A DNA stretch of 63,158 nt, counting the filler, from Octopus bimaculoides (lineage: Eukaryota), in assembly GCF_001194135.2 (NCBI RefSeq). It is 6 parts of 5 records of this genome, joined end to end, with 100 filler letters (N's around TTAATTAATTAA, not from the genome) between each part and the next. Parts side by side here need not be neighbours in the genome. Positions count along the whole stretch, not along the records: positions 18,168 to 45,899 come from NC_068984.1; positions 46,000 to 50,296 come from NC_068987.1; positions 50,397 to 55,691 come from NC_069009.1; 3 more parts are not named here. One strand, 5' to 3'. Below, in pieces: positions 40,230 to 52,602 of this stretch. Numbering within the stretch: position 1 is the stretch's first letter; each line of letters begins with the position of its first letter. The notes below the pieces were generated by a model. It saw only the letters and a program-made list of their open reading frames with translations. It did not search any database and was not told where the DNA came from. Both the position numbers and the translations under genes were made by a program.

Positions 40230-40455
40230 AGACGTACATTGATTTCGAATTCTGGCACAGAACCAGCAATTTTGGGGAAGAAGATAAATCGATTTCATCG
40301 ATGCCAATACTCAACAGGTGTTTATTTCATCGACCCCAAAAGGACGAAAGGCAAAGTAGACTTCGACGGAATTTTAACTCAGAACATAATGACAGACGAA
40401 ATGCCGCTAAACATTTTGCCCAGATTAGTAACGTTTCTGCCAGATTGCCACCTTA
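40230..40455 (-). mobile_element. SINE family C
   Basis: Reverse complement of the C consensus. Confidence 0.8.
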
Positions 40456-40699
40456 GATAGTCACATTTAATGTACATATATATACATACATATATACACG
40501 TGGACTCACACACATGTATGTGTGTGTGTATTCTTTTGTAGTCATTGGACTTCTGCCATACTGGAACAACGCTTTAAATCTCTTTCTTTCTGTCCACATA
40601 AATACATTCATACATATACACGCACATATACATGTATAAATGCATGAATATTTATATTCACACACACACACATATAAACATATATATATGCATACACAA

Positions 40700-40732
<33 letters not shown>

Positions 40733-41142
40733 NNNNNNNNNNNNNNNNNNNNNNNNNNNNNNNNNNNNNNNNNNNNNNNNNNNNNNNNNNNNNNNNNNNN
40801 NNNNNNNNNNNNNNNNNNNNNNNNNNNNNNNNNNNNNNNNNNNNNNNNNNNNNNNNNNNNNNNNNNNNNNNNNNNNNNNNNNNNNNNNNNNNNNNNNNNN
40901 NNNNNNNNNNNNNNNNNNNNNNNNNNNNNNNNNNNNNNNNNNNNNNNNNNNNNNNNNNNNNNNNNNNNNNNNNNNNNNNNNNNNNNNNNNNNNNNNNNNN
41001 NNNNNNNNNNNNNNNNNNNNNNNNNNNNNNNNNNNNNNNNNNNNNNNNNNNNNNNNNNNNNNNNNNNNNNNNNNNNNNNNNNNNNNNNNNNNNNNNNNNN
41101 NNNNNNNNNNNNNNNNNNNNNNNNNNNNNNNNNNNNNNNNNN

Positions 41143-41217
41143 TAGCCCGGTCCGGGAATCGAACTCACAACCTCACGATCGTAAGCTCGACGCTCTAACC
41201 ACTGAGACATGCGCCTT
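41143..41217 (-). mobile_element. tRNA-derived SINE head (not a functional tRNA)
   Basis: GGCGCATGTCTCAGTGGTTAGAGCGTCGAGCTTACGATCGTGAGGTTGTGAGTTCGATTCCCGG has A and B boxes but no convincing acceptor stem; flanked by a microsatellite. Confidence 0.7.
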
Positions 41218-41228
41218 CACACACACAT

Positions 41229-41260
<32 letters not shown>

Positions 41261-41299
41261 TTATGTGTGGGGGGGGTGCAAATGAAGTATTTTTACTGC

Positions 41300-42690
41300 A
41301 TTTTTGACTTTGGGACAAAATATTTTTTTACAAATGTTCACTACCTTACAGAAACTATATCAGCTAGGAACCCTGTTAGTATCATTCGATGCGGTGAACT
41401 TGTACACCAATATCCTACACGATTATGATATAGAAGCAATCACCTTCTGGATAGAAAAATACCTAGAAGAGATCCCAGGACACATCAACCACAGATTCAT
41501 AATCGCAGCTCTGAAATTCATCCTACTGAACAACTATTTCATGTTCGATACAGTTTACTATCAACAAAAATGTGGAATTGCAATGAGAGCCCGAGTTGCC
41601 CCAGTGATTGCGAACCTTGTAATGGGTTACCTAGAACTTAAAATTTACCAATCATCACTACAAAAATATGGCACCTCATTTCATTGCTATTTAAAGAACT
41701 GGAAAATGTATTTAGATGATTGCTTTATACTTTGGAAAGATAGCATGGACAAACTCCTCGATTTCAAAATATCAATAGCAACATACAATTTACCATGTAA
41801 CACAGCAATAAACAACTCCCTTTTTTTGACATCCCAATTAAAATAGTCAATAACCACATCACAACGGACATCTTCTATAAACCCACAGGTTCAAAATAAT
41901 ATCTATTATTCAACTCATGCCACCCCAAACACATAAAAATTAATATACCTTATAATCTAGCGAAAAGAATCTGTACCATAGTTTCGGACACCAATACTCG
42001 TAAACGAAGACTCCTTGAACTTAGATCAATACTAATAAATAGACATTACACAACGTCATTAATAAATGATGGGATTAGAACATTAAGGGAAGTCAACCGA
42101 AATACTATACCAGACTTAAAAGTACTCCCATAAATCTCCACACATAACCATAGAAACAATGAAGCCTTCAACATTATCATCCAAAATCTACCCATTCTCA
42201 CAGGAGATAAAACAATGAACAAAATTTTAGGCTCACACAAAATTATCAAGAGCAATATCCATTAACAACGGAACCAAAAGTGAAAAAATGCGATCGGCCT
42301 AACTGTGACATATGCCCCTACCTTTTGGAGGATACAGAGTTCCACTTTAAACAACGTGAAATATCTAAGATTAAATCAAATTTCACCTGTGCCTCGAAAA
42401 ACCTAATTTATGCCATTACCTGCTTAGTGTGCGGTAATCAATATATTGGCCAAATAGGAATATTAATCCGTCGAAGAACCAATCTTCACAAAGAACAAAT
42501 CAGCCATCCGCAATATAGACAGATACAGGTCAGTGAACACATAGAAAGGTGTGCTAGGAACCTTAAACCTAACTTCCAAATTTTCCCCTTCTATCAATGT
42601 TCACAGGACACCTCAGTAGAGCAAAGAGTGAATACAGAGGCAACTTTCATCAATAAATTTCATCCACAACTTAACATGAACACATAACAT
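41300..42690 (+). mobile_element. Penelope-like element: RT plus GIY-YIG endonuclease, 5'-truncated and frameshifted
   Basis: LVSFDAVNLYTNI, NNYFMF...YQQKCGIAM, WKMYLDDCFILW (PLE RT); TDIFYKPT..K.YL thumb; CASKNLIYAITC..CGNQYIGQ...R.N.H (GIY-YIG), stop at 42687. Confidence 0.92.
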
Positions 42691-43053
42691 AATACAGAAC
42701 CTTACTAACCTTGTCAATAATGCCATTAACACAATTCATATTACAGCATTATAACTACCCTAATTGCACCATGTCCGGAACTACTTAACTCCCTAACACA
42801 TGATCTTTTTACTCAGGGAATAATAGAGCCAACACAGTTTGGTAATCGGTGCGCATTCAAAGCCAGTGAACAGCAACTGACGATACAGGTATGACTTTGA
42901 ATTTCTTTAACAATTCATAATAATAAGTTTTATTCCTCTTAATTCTACCTCGGTTCATCTAATTCTATATATTTATCGTTACTTTTCTTAAGAAAGCCTT
43001 TATTTTTTTGATATCCAATATGCATTTTCGCTTCTTTGTTTTTACTTTCCCTA

Positions 43054-43127
<74 letters not shown>

Positions 43128-43926
43128 TATATATATATACATACATATATATATNNNNNNNNNNNNNNNNNNNNNNNNNNNNNNNNNNNNNNNNNNNNNN
43201 NNNNNNNNNNNNNNNNNNNNNNNNNNNNNNNNNNNNNNNNNNNNNNNNNNNNNNNNNNNNNNNNNNNNNNNNNNNNNNNNNNNNNNNNNNNNNNNNNNNN
43301 NNNNNNNNNNNNNNNNNNNNNNNNNNNNNNNNNNNNNNNNNNNNNNNNNNNNNNNNNNNNNNNNNNNNNNNNNNNNNNNNNNNNNNNNNNNNNNNNNNNN
43401 NNNNNNNNNNNNNNNNNNNNNNNNNNNNNNNNNNNNNNNNNNNNNNNNNNNNNNNNNNNNNNNNNNNNNNNNNNNNNNNNNNNNNNNNNNNNNNNNNNNN
43501 NNNNNNNNNNNNNNNNNNNNNNNNNNNNNNNNNNNNNNNNNNNNNNNNNNNNNNNNNNNNNNNNNNNNNNNNNNNNNNNNNNNNNNNNNNNNNNNNNNNN
43601 NNNNNNNNNNNNNNNNNNNNNNNNNNNNNNNNNNNNNNNNNNNNNNNNNNNNNNNNNNNNNNNNNNNNNNNNNNNNNNNNNNNNNNNNNNNNNNNNNNNN
43701 NNNNNNNNNNNNNNNNNNNNNNNNNNNNNNNNNNNNNNNNNNNNNNNNNNNNNNNNNNNNNNNNNNNNNNNNNNNNNNNNNNNNNNNTCTTGAAAAAACG
43801 AACCTTATCAAAAATACATATTTAAAAAAATGTAATTAAAAGAAAAGTTCATAATTGTTCCTTACTGGTGTCAACATAGTCCACGTGGGAGCGTTTTTTG
43901 TATGGGTACATAATGGTTGTCTAGTG

Positions 43927-44224
43927 TAGGGGTTTTCAAACTGTGGTCCACGGACCACAGGGGGTCCGCAAGGACAAGACAGGGGGCCCGTGGACAGCAA
44001 ATACTTTTTATGGGCAATTTGATTTTATATATGTTTTTTAATCGAAATCTTTTAATTGACAATAAACCTATTTTGTTAAATACTGTTAAATAAATAAATG
44101 TAAAAATATATGTTATTTTAAGCAAATATTTATGTATAAATTTCATAAGCGTTTATAAGGGGGTCCCTAAGGTAAAGCCTGAAATATAAAGGGGTCCGCA
44201 AGTCAAAAAGTTTGAAAACGCTTG
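43927..44224. mobile_element. hAT (Charlie-type) MITE with 8-bp TSD
   Basis: TIRs TAGGGGTTTTCAAACT / AGTTTGAAAACGCTTG; flanks GTCTAGTG and GTCTAGCG; GGGGTCC subterminal repeats. Confidence 0.85.
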
Positions 44225-44414
44225 GTCTAGCGCGTTGACTTGAATCGTTGGTTGTAGTAGTAGTAGTGACCGTATTGGTAATGGTAAATGGTAGTGACCT
44301 CTGTCCGTGTCAGTAGTAGTTAATTGGTTGTAGTGGTAGGAGTGGAAGCAGCACAAGCAGCAGCAGTAGCAGTAGTAGTAGTAGTGGCACCAGTAGTAGT
44401 AGAGACTGTTGGTC

Positions 44415-44417
<3 letters not shown>

Positions 44418-44474
<57 letters not shown>

Positions 44475-44475
44475 A
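44418..44475. repeat. (GTA)n trinucleotide microsatellite
   Basis: Direct reading. Confidence 0.95.
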
Positions 44476-45046
44476 CAGTAATAGCAGTAGTAGCAGTGAC
44501 TGTTGGTCGAAGCAGTAGTAGTAGTAGTAGTTATATATATATATATATATATATNNNNNNNNNNNNNNNNNNNNNNNNNNNNNNNNNNNNNNNNNNNNNN
44601 NNNNNNNNNNNNNNNNNNNNNNNNNNNNNNNNNNNNNNNNNNNNNNNNNNNNNNNNNNNNNNNNNNNNNNNNNNNNNNNNNNNNNNNNNNNNNNNNNNNN
44701 NNNNNNNNNNNNNNNNNNNNNNNNNNNNNNNNNNNNNNNNNNNNNNNNNNNNNNNNNNNNNNNNNNNNNNNNNNNNNNNNNNNNNNNNNNNNNNNNNNNN
44801 NNNNNNNNNNNNNNNNNNNNNNNNNNNNNNNNNNNNNNNNNNNNNNNNNNNNNNNNNNNNNNNNNNNNNNNNNNNNNNNNNNNNNNNNNNNNNNNNNNNN
44901 NNNNNNNNNNNNNNNNNNNNNNNNNNNNNNNNNNNNNNNNNNNNNNNNNNNNNNNNNNNNNNNNNNNNNNNNNNNNNNNNNNNNNNNNNNNNNNNNNNNN
45001 NNNNNNNNNNNNNNNNNNNNNNNNNNNNNNNNNNNNNNNNNNNNNN

Positions 45047-45898
45047 GTTCTGGCCGTCCAGTTGAGTGCGATGAAGAGCGATTAAACCAACTTTTACACG
45101 ACAATTCTCGTCAAACGACAAGGGAAAAGGCAGAGAAAATGGAATGCTCCCACACTGCTATAGAGAAGCATCTTCACTCGATGGGAAAGGTTCAGAAGTA
45201 TGGAGCATGGTTTCCGCATGCTTTAAGTGACAACAACAAAAATCAACGAGTTACAATTATCGCCGGTTTGCTTGCTCGTCACCGCTCAACTCATGGACAC
45301 AAGCAACGATTTCTTTACTGAATCGTCACTGGCGACATAAAATGGTGCCTGTACATCAATATGAAGCAGCGTAAGGAATGACTTAGTCCCGGTAAACAAG
45401 CGACACCGAGCGTGAAACAAGATCTTCATCCGCGTAAAACGATGTTGTATGTATGGTGGGACTGGGAAGGGATTATCCATTACAAATTGTTTGAACGGAA
45501 CTAAGCGGTCAACGTGGAACTCTATATTCAACAGATGGAACGACTCAACACGGCTATTCAAGAGAAAATACCTAATCGGCAGCATCGAGTTCTTCTGCTG
45601 TACGACAACGTCCGCCCTCATATCGCCAATATGACCAAGGAAGCCATTCAAACGCATGGCTGGGAAGTGCTGCCACACCCACCGTACTCTCCTGATTTGG
45701 CTCCAACGGATTTCTACCTCTTTCGATCTCTTTCAAATGCTATGCGCGGAGTTTCGCTCAAAACTGATGCAGAATTGAGAGCTTGATTGGATTAATTTTT
45801 CGAGTCGAAATCGGGTGATTTCTACCAACGAGGTATTGAAAATCTTGTTGAACATTGGGAAGAAGTTGTAAACAACAAGGGCGAATACATTATTGATT
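45047..45898 (+). mobile_element. Mariner (D,D34D-type) transposase, near-complete pseudogene bounded by gaps
   Basis: SGRP...WFPHALS...IVTGDIKW...WWDWEGIIHY...LLYDNVRPH...HPPYSPDLAPTDFYLFRSL...GEYIID*; several premature stops. Confidence 0.93.
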
Positions 45899-45943
45899 AN
45901 NNNNNNNNNNNNNNNNNNNNNNNNNNNNNNNNNNNNNNNNNNN

Positions 45944-45955
45944 TTAATTAATTAA
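45944..45955. other. Assembly gap linker TTAATTAATTAA
   Basis: Centred in an N gap, identical to 18112. Confidence 0.95.
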
Positions 45956-45999
45956 NNNNNNNNNNNNNNNNNNNNNNNNNNNNNNNNNNNNNNNNNNNN

Positions 46000-46036
<37 letters not shown>

Positions 46037-46041
<5 letters not shown>

Positions 46042-46090
46042 GGAATCTTGGGGTTAGTAGCCCGCGCTCTTAACCACTACGCCATATGCC
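46037..46090 (-). other. tRNA-like (Pol III A-box plus partial B-box) segment just downstream of the PLE ORF
   Basis: GGCATATGGCGTAGTGGTTAAGAGCGCGGGCTACTAACCCCAAGATTCCGAGTT runs into (AAT)n. Confidence 0.6.
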
Positions 46091-46117
46091 CGTGGGCAAT
46101 TATGGAGTGAATTTTAG

Positions 46118-46604
46118 GGCTTATAAATCTAATATTTTCCTATCCTTCCTTAATACCGGTTCCCATATGCTGCTCATATCTGTACTCGGTCTGCTTAGGA
46201 AGTTGTTGTGTCCTAACATATGTGCTACTTCTTTTAGTTTTCGTATTTCCCAGTGGTGTTCTCTGTCTGTTATTTTAACTTCGTCCCACAGGGGTAGGTA
46301 GTCTCCCTTTTTCTATACATGATCAGCTATACCCAATTTATCAATATCTCCCCGTGACACAGCTTTGTGATGTTCCTTTACCCTTATTTTGAGGGGGCGA
46401 CATGTTTCGCCTTAGTATAACCTTCCACAGCTACATGGGACAGAGTACACGCAGTTTTTGGTCATATTCTTCTATTGGCGGTTTTACTCGAAGGAGATAT
46501 TTGCGAAGTGATGTATTACTCTTGAATACTGTCCTGATGTCATATGAACCGCATATCTTTTGTATCGGTAGACAGACTGTAGACAGTTTATTAGGTTCAT
46601 CCTC
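46118..46604 (-). mobile_element. Penelope-like (Poseidon-type) GIY-YIG 3' fragment
   Basis: IRTVFKSNTSLRKYL...KNCVYSVPCSCGRLY*GETCRPLKIRVKEH...IADHV...WDEVKI.DRE.HW..RKLKE; one stop and a 2-bp deletion. Confidence 0.88.
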
Positions 46605-46639
46605 ATAGAAGAGAATATGACCAAAAACTGCATGTACTC

Positions 46640-47230
46640 CATTTCATTGCTCACGACTTGTCAATACCTTGACGGTAGAAATCACGTTCCTTGACTCAGA
46701 GAATTCATCGAACCACATTTGCAGCTCCATGTTGTTGCTGAACGAAACGCCCTGTAGACTGTTGGAGAACGGTCGAAAAGGAATGATAATCTAAAGGCGC
46801 TATATCAGGGGAACATGTAGAATGCGATTGAACTACCTTTTCTTCTCTTGAATAACATTTTTGGTCAAATTAGTGACGTGGGGTAGAGCGTTGGTGTGTT
46901 GAAGAAACACGTCATATCGCTGGTTGGGTCTTTTCAGCTGGTGTGCCGCGTTGAGCCGGTACGTTTGCTGAATGGAAAGTTCTGCCATGACCGTGGATGA
47001 GCTCGTTCAGTTATCTTCATTGGAGTGTAAAAATCATTTCTATGCAGTTCTTTCAGTAACAGCACTTTCTCTGTATACAGCACAAATGTCTTGAATGACT
47101 ACGGCACCTTTGGAACCTTGATTGAAAGCCAAGCGAGGCATGTATCAGAAAAACTCATTATTTTGCGCTTAACGTTATATATCTGAAAACAGGTAAAATC
47201 TTTTGAAATTTCCAAAACGATAAACAAACG
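46640..47230 (-). mobile_element. Internally deleted mariner copy
   Basis: N-terminal HTH-like LAFNQG..GA..IQDICAVY.ESAVTERTA joined to catalytic-region remnants (..FLQHTNALPHVT.., LQGVSFSNNMEL). Confidence 0.75.
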
Positions 47231-48974
47231 TTGTAAGCAATGACTAGAGATACACTATATANNNNNNNNNNNNNNNNNNNNNNNNNNNNNNNNNNNNNNN
47301 NNNNNNNNNNNNNNNNNNNNNNNNNNNNNNNNNNNNNNNNNNNNNNNNNNNNNNNNNNNNNNNNNNNNNNNNNNNNNNNNNNNNNNNNNNNNNNNNNNNN
47401 NNNNNNNNNNNNNNNNNNNNNNNNNNNNNNNNNNNNNNNNNNNNNNNNNNNNNNNNNNNNNNNNNNNNNNNNNNNNNNNNNNNNNNNNNNNNNNNNNNNN
47501 NNNNNNNNNNNNNNNNNNNNNNNNNNNNNNNNNNNNNNNNNNNNNNNNNNNNNNNNNNNNNNNNNNNNNNNNNNNNNNNNNNNNNNNNNNNNNNNNNNNN
47601 NNNNNNNNNNNNNNNNNNNNNNNNNNNNNNNNNNNNNNNNNNNNNNNGTGTGTGTGTGTGTGGTGTATGAAAAATGCTTGATAAGAAGCAGTCTAAATAC
47701 ACTTTACCTGTTTTATATAGCGACAAGTAATGAATTTTGCATTTTATAGCGCGCGTTGTTAAGTAAAGGCAATCTGTGGAGGAGGTACCAAGATGAATCT
47801 GCGATCCGGTTTCGATTCCTTTTCAAAAGTAGTTTGCAAAGTATCCGTAAGCCACTGGAATCAAGCAAATTGACTATTCTTCTTTGACTGGTGTTACCTT
47901 CATTATATTACATAACAGCAGAAATACTGAGTATCCGGAAGTATCCTACGATATCCCTAAGTCTTTCAAATAAGACGCGGTAGCAGAAGCATGATCGCTT
48001 TTGAACTTTAGCCGTCCACATTGTGGGTTGTTTTTTTTTTTACTTTTAACTACCCATTTTGGTTTACCACGTGATGGCTGAATCCATTTAGTTTTCCTTG
48101 GACCGTCCACCCCTTCAACATGATGGATTATCCTAGCGTCTGTTCATCAGCTATGAAATGAGAAGTTTAGGCCCGCTAAATCCCAGGGAAGAGAGTTCTG
48201 CTGCGAGTGACCTGGGACCTTGATGTGAGAACAGTTTGATTTCACTGTGCAGTTTTCAGCTTGAACAGAATTCAAACTAGAATCCTTGACGTTCTGCTTC
48301 GCGTCTTACCAATGCTTGTATAGAATTCTAGCCAGAATTTTTGTGATGCTGTACTTTAGGTATTTCTAAGCTCTCAATCTTCATTTTTATGAGAATTTAA
48401 AACTATGCAATGTATTGACAAATACTGATGTCCTACTAGTTTGCTGTTTCTAATTTTAGCAATAGTAATATAAATGTTTCCGTGCCGTCAATTGCAATTT
48501 GCTTTTGAATTTGTGATTTAATATCTATTCTGATTTCATGTAACAGAGGACATAATATATCAGATCTTAAACTGCAATTCATATAACCACATTCATACCT
48601 TATAGCTAAAACACAACCAAGGTCTCTATACGGTCATATCGGGTCTATGTAATTCTGCTTAATTATACACCCTATATGACGTATTGAGTACTCTTTTCAT
48701 TGTTTGTCCACTCGCACACAGACCCACATATACGCATGCGCATGGACTCTCTCTTTCTCATATTCACACACGCGCACGCTCGTGGACAATCTGGCCTAAC
48801 ACACAACAATACATACTTCTCCGTCACTCCCGACTTTCTAACTTTCTGAAGAAGAACTTAAACTTGAAACGTCAAACACTTTCTACTTTCTTAATCCCTC
48901 ATTGACCGTCAACCATTGTTTCCACTTCGTCTCCCATACTTCTATCCTTGTCGTTGATTTTCAACGTATATCTG

Positions 48975-49016
<42 letters not shown>

Positions 49017-49899
49017 CCTACCTATATATATTTGTATTTTGTTGCCCATTATTTAAAGTCGTTTTGTTTGAAATTAATCTCATGTGGTCGCTTTTGGCAG
49101 CTTAGGATAACAAAAAAATCCACAGGCTTCATTGTTATTTAACAATTCATCAGGAATTTCAACTGTCCCCACCTCTACTGGCGATGATAGCAGCTGAAAG
49201 CTATTGATTAAAATGTAAACAAGTATGTTCCTAGGCATAAACACATTTGTACAATGAAACAAGGCTGACGGCCGAATAATAATTACAAAGTGGGTTATGA
49301 TGTTGCATATGAGTTTGTGTGAGAGTGAGAAAAAAGATTACTTCCGTGCGTTAAAATGTAAGGCAGAGAATTTTACGTGCTTGTATGACAGTATGTGTGT
49401 GTGTGTGCATGTGAGTGAGAGTGTATATACGCATATATGTGCGCATATATGTGCGCATATATGTGTGTGCGCGTTTCAGAAAGAGAAGGAGATTGCTTGC
49501 TACTTACGTAGATGTATATATGTTTGGAAGTAATAGGAATAAAACGCGGAAAAAGAGGTTGTTAATACGTGAGTGTGCGTGTAAACAAGAAAAACAGAGA
49601 GAAGAACGTGGGTGGGGAGTATTACTTACGTTCAGAAATTCATTTAGACTATCGAACGCTGCAATCTATGTACAACCAACAAGGCAGGATTATTACCAAA
49701 TTGTGTAGGCGTTTTGATGAATACCATGACATGTCTTAAGCGTATTTTGATCCATTTACCATTTATTTAACTAATTATTCACTTGTCTGCATTGCTGTAT
49801 TCAGTTCCATCATCTACAAGCCAAGCTTATGTCTCTTCTTCAATTTCTGTTATATTTCTGATCACAGTTAGCTGCGCAGTGAAGAAGTTCACTTTGCAA

Positions 49900-50080
49900 C
49901 CAGACGATTACTGCATTTTGCCCGTCTTTATATTTTGTGTTCAAATTCCGCTGAGATTGACTTTGCCTTTCATTCTTTCAGAATCGATGAAATAAATACC
50001 AGTTAAACGCTGGGGTCGATGTAATCGAAGAGTCCTCTCCACCAAAATTTGATGCCTTGTGCCTATAGTAGAAAGGACTA
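49900..50080 (+). mobile_element. SINE family C (partial)
   Basis: GTTCAAATTCCGCTGAGATTGACTTTGCCTTTCATTCTTTCAGAATCGATG...GTGCCTATAGTAGAAAGG. Confidence 0.8.
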
Positions 50081-50246
50081 CTACTACTACTACTAATAAT
50101 AATAATAATAATAATACTATAGTGTTCGTTTGACCAACCATTGAGTTTTCAATGGACTTTACTAAACAGAAATTGTGTAGCAGCCTGACGCATGCGCGCG
50201 CTCACACACACACACACACTCACACACATACACACACACATTCACA

Positions 50247-50296
<50 letters not shown>

Positions 50297-50340
50297 NNNN
50301 NNNNNNNNNNNNNNNNNNNNNNNNNNNNNNNNNNNNNNNN

Positions 50341-50352
50341 TTAATTAATTAA
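50341..50352. other. Assembly gap linker TTAATTAATTAA
   Basis: Centred in an N gap. Confidence 0.95.
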
Positions 50353-50594
50353 NNNNNNNNNNNNNNNNNNNNNNNNNNNNNNNNNNNNNNNNNNNNACCA
50401 TGAGTTGGCCTATTTTCTTCTTAATCCTTTCAATGGTGTTCCATGATTTGCTCCTATAGAGTGGGCAAATCCCATTCCTATCATTACGTTTGATGGTTTC
50501 AAATTTCTTCATAGCTCCTTTGTATACTCTGATCCTTTCTTTATGGCTGTAACCTGAGAACTACCCTACTAAACACCCTAACCATAGAGATTAC

Positions 50595-50840
50595 CTGTAC
50601 TAGATACTGAACTCTGGCTAGAAACTAAGAACAATAAAACCAGAATCCTCCATTCACACAATACAAAACCTACGGCTTCCAAATACCTGATCCACCGGAA
50701 CTCGGCTATTGCGGACAATGCCAAAAAAATATATTGATGGCAGACCTCGTGAGAGTAATACGAAATGCGTCTTACATGTGCAACCCTACAGAATTAAAGA
50801 GACATATACAACATTTCTTTCACCGCTTGCAGTTTTCAGA
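50595..50840 (+). mobile_element. Probable Penelope-like RT thumb fragment
   Basis: DTELWLE...TKPTASKYLIHRNSA...K...MADLVRVIRNAS.MC...E.K.HIQHF..RLQFS resembles the PLE thumb (KP..S.YL...S.....K......L.R...IC). Confidence 0.55.
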
Positions 50841-51085
50841 TTTGGCAGGGTTTTTACAGCTGGATGCCCTTCCAAGTGCCAACCACTTTACAGTGTGGAC
50901 TGGATGCTTTTTACATGGCACCAGTACCAGCAGGGTCTCCAAGTAAATTGCAAGATAAGGAATTTTTTAGAGGGGAGGGAATCCTGTGTCAGATGATGAA
51001 AGGTTTAGAGTGTGTCAGAGAGAAAGGGAGACAGAAACAGGTGTCTTGCTGTAGAGGAGGTACATGGTTACTCGGCCACAGAGAA
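50835..51085 (-). mobile_element. Family-D repeat (SINE/RTE-associated) fragment
   Basis: GATTTGGCAGGGTTTTTACAGCTGGATGCCCTTCC..GCCAACCAC is shared with 51722-52580 and 53545-53915. Confidence 0.7.
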
Positions 51086-51124
51086 AGAGAAAGAGATATA
51101 TATGTGCATCAGCCTGAAGCCTCC

Positions 51125-51380
51125 CTCTCCATAGCTTTCAGTCGCATGCATTAGTACAGACATGTTCTCCATCTCCTGCTAGATCATCCTACTTGGGTAT
51201 TATTTTCATTTGACGCAGCAGCTGCAGGCTGGAAGATGGCTGGACATGATTGGAGTAGATCTCCAGAGACTTGACTTCATCTTGGAGAATGTGGAGGGGC
51301 TGACAGGGCATCACGATGGAAAGCCCTGGTGGACCTGGTTGGCTCTATGCATGATGACGTCTCTGGCACCAGTAACATGG
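51125..51380 (+). mobile_element. RTE-clade LINE C-terminal fragment
   Basis: YRHVLHLLLDHPT...WLDMIGVDLQRL...LENVEGLT.H.DGWKALV matches the RTE terminal W.GHV.R......GRP...W.D....DL........DR..W pattern. Confidence 0.7.
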
Positions 51381-51529
51381 GATGACCCCAGCCCTATCAA
51401 GCAAGAGCATGAAGTAGCAGCAACAGTATATATGGTAGCCGAACCAAGAAAAAAAAGTCAGGCTTGGCCGAACATGGGTCATGTGGAGAGAGAGGTAGAG
51501 GTAGAGGGACAGCCGCTTTCTATGCAGGC

Positions 51530-51712
51530 GTGGGTTGGTGTGTTCATGTCCCCATAACTTAGCGGTTCGGCAAAAGTGACCGATAGAATAAGTACCAGGC
51601 TTCACCAAAAAATAAATACTGGGGTCGATTCATTCAGCTAAAACAAATTGTTCAAGGCAGTGCCCCAGCATGGCCGCAGTCAAGTGACTGAAACAAATAA
51701 GAGATATAAAAG
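51530..51712 (+). mobile_element. SINE family-B body
   Basis: GTTGGTGTGTTCATGTCCCCATAACTTAGCGGTTCGGCAAAAG...GCCCCAGCATGGCCGCAGTC. Confidence 0.85.
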
Positions 51713-51721
51713 ATATATACA

Positions 51722-52580
51722 ACCATCATCATCATCATCTAATGTCTGTTGTCTATGCTGGTATGGGTTGAACAATTTGACCAGGGCTGGTAAGCTGAGG
51801 GGCTGCACCAGACTCTAGTCTGATTTGGCATAGTTTCTACGGCTGGGTGCCCTTCCTAATGCCAACCACTACAAGAGTGTAATGGTTGCTTTTACAAGCC
51901 ACTGGCACAGGTGCCAGGTTTGCAACACTGGCATCAGCCCCATTGCTCTAAAGGTGCTTTTTGTGTGCCACCAGCATGCGTGCCAGTTATGTAACACTGG
52001 CAACAGCCATGATTACGATTTCACTTGGCTTGGTGGGTCTCCTCAAGTATGGCATATCGCCAAAGGTCTCGGTCACTAGTCACTGTCTCCATGAGAGCCA
52101 ACGTTTGAAGATCATGCTTCACCACCTCGTCCCATGTCTTCCTGGATCTATGTATCATCATCGTCATTTAATGTCTGTTTTCCATGCTGGCATGGGTTGT
52201 ACAGTTTGACAGAGGTCTGGAGAGCCAGAAGCTGTACCAGGCTCCAATCTGATCTGGCAATGTTTCTACCGCTGGATGCCCTATCTAATGCCAACCACTC
52301 CGAGGGTATAGTGGGTGCTTTTTACATGCCATCAGCACAGGAGCTAGTTAGGCGGGCCTGGCATCGATCACATTCAGTTGGTGCTTTTTACATGTCACCT
52401 GCACAAGAGCCAGTCAGTGGGTACTGACATAAGCCATGTTCGGATGGTGCTTTTTACATGCCACCGGCATGGGAGCCAGTCAGGCACTGGCCACAGCTAC
52501 GATATTGGTTTTACTTGACTCAACAGATCTTCTCAAGCATATCATATCGCACAACACATCAGGAGTACTCTTAACTGGGT
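51722..52580 (-). mobile_element. Two tandem family-D repeats with (GAT)n 3' tails (RTE-type tail)
   Basis: CATCATCATC...TAATGTCTGTT.TCCATGCTGG.ATGGGTTG starts at about 51722 and again at about 52150; internal GTGCTTTTACATGCCAC subrepeats. Confidence 0.8.
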
Positions 52581-52602
52581 CGGACATGTATGTATATATA
52601 TA

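Noticed and set aside
41143-41217. Functional tRNA genes here and at 46037-46090 and 59084-59150
   Set aside because: A/B boxes are present but there is no complete cloverleaf, and they run into SINE bodies or microsatellites.
42877-42905. CTGACGA about 190 bp after the PLE GIY-YIG stop
   Set aside because: Position is suggestive, but there is no GAAAC, stem III or stem I; at most a heavily decayed HHR.
46385-46430. HHR-like GAAACATGTC preceded by CTGTGGA on the minus strand
   Set aside because: It is the coding sequence for SCGRLY*GETCRP of the GIY-YIG domain, and no stems form.
46443-46639. Apparent 197-bp MITE defined by 33-bp inverted repeats
   Set aside because: The interior and one arm are continuous PLE coding sequence; better explained as a 5' inversion.
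48144-48150. Isolated CTGATGA cores (minus strand here and at about 63106)
   Set aside because: No stem II or GAAA follows.
52300-52470. Repeated GTGCTTTTACATGCCAC units with variable spacers resembling a CRISPR array
   Set aside because: These are internal subrepeats of the multi-copy family-D retroposon in a eukaryotic context, with irregular spacing and no cas genes.
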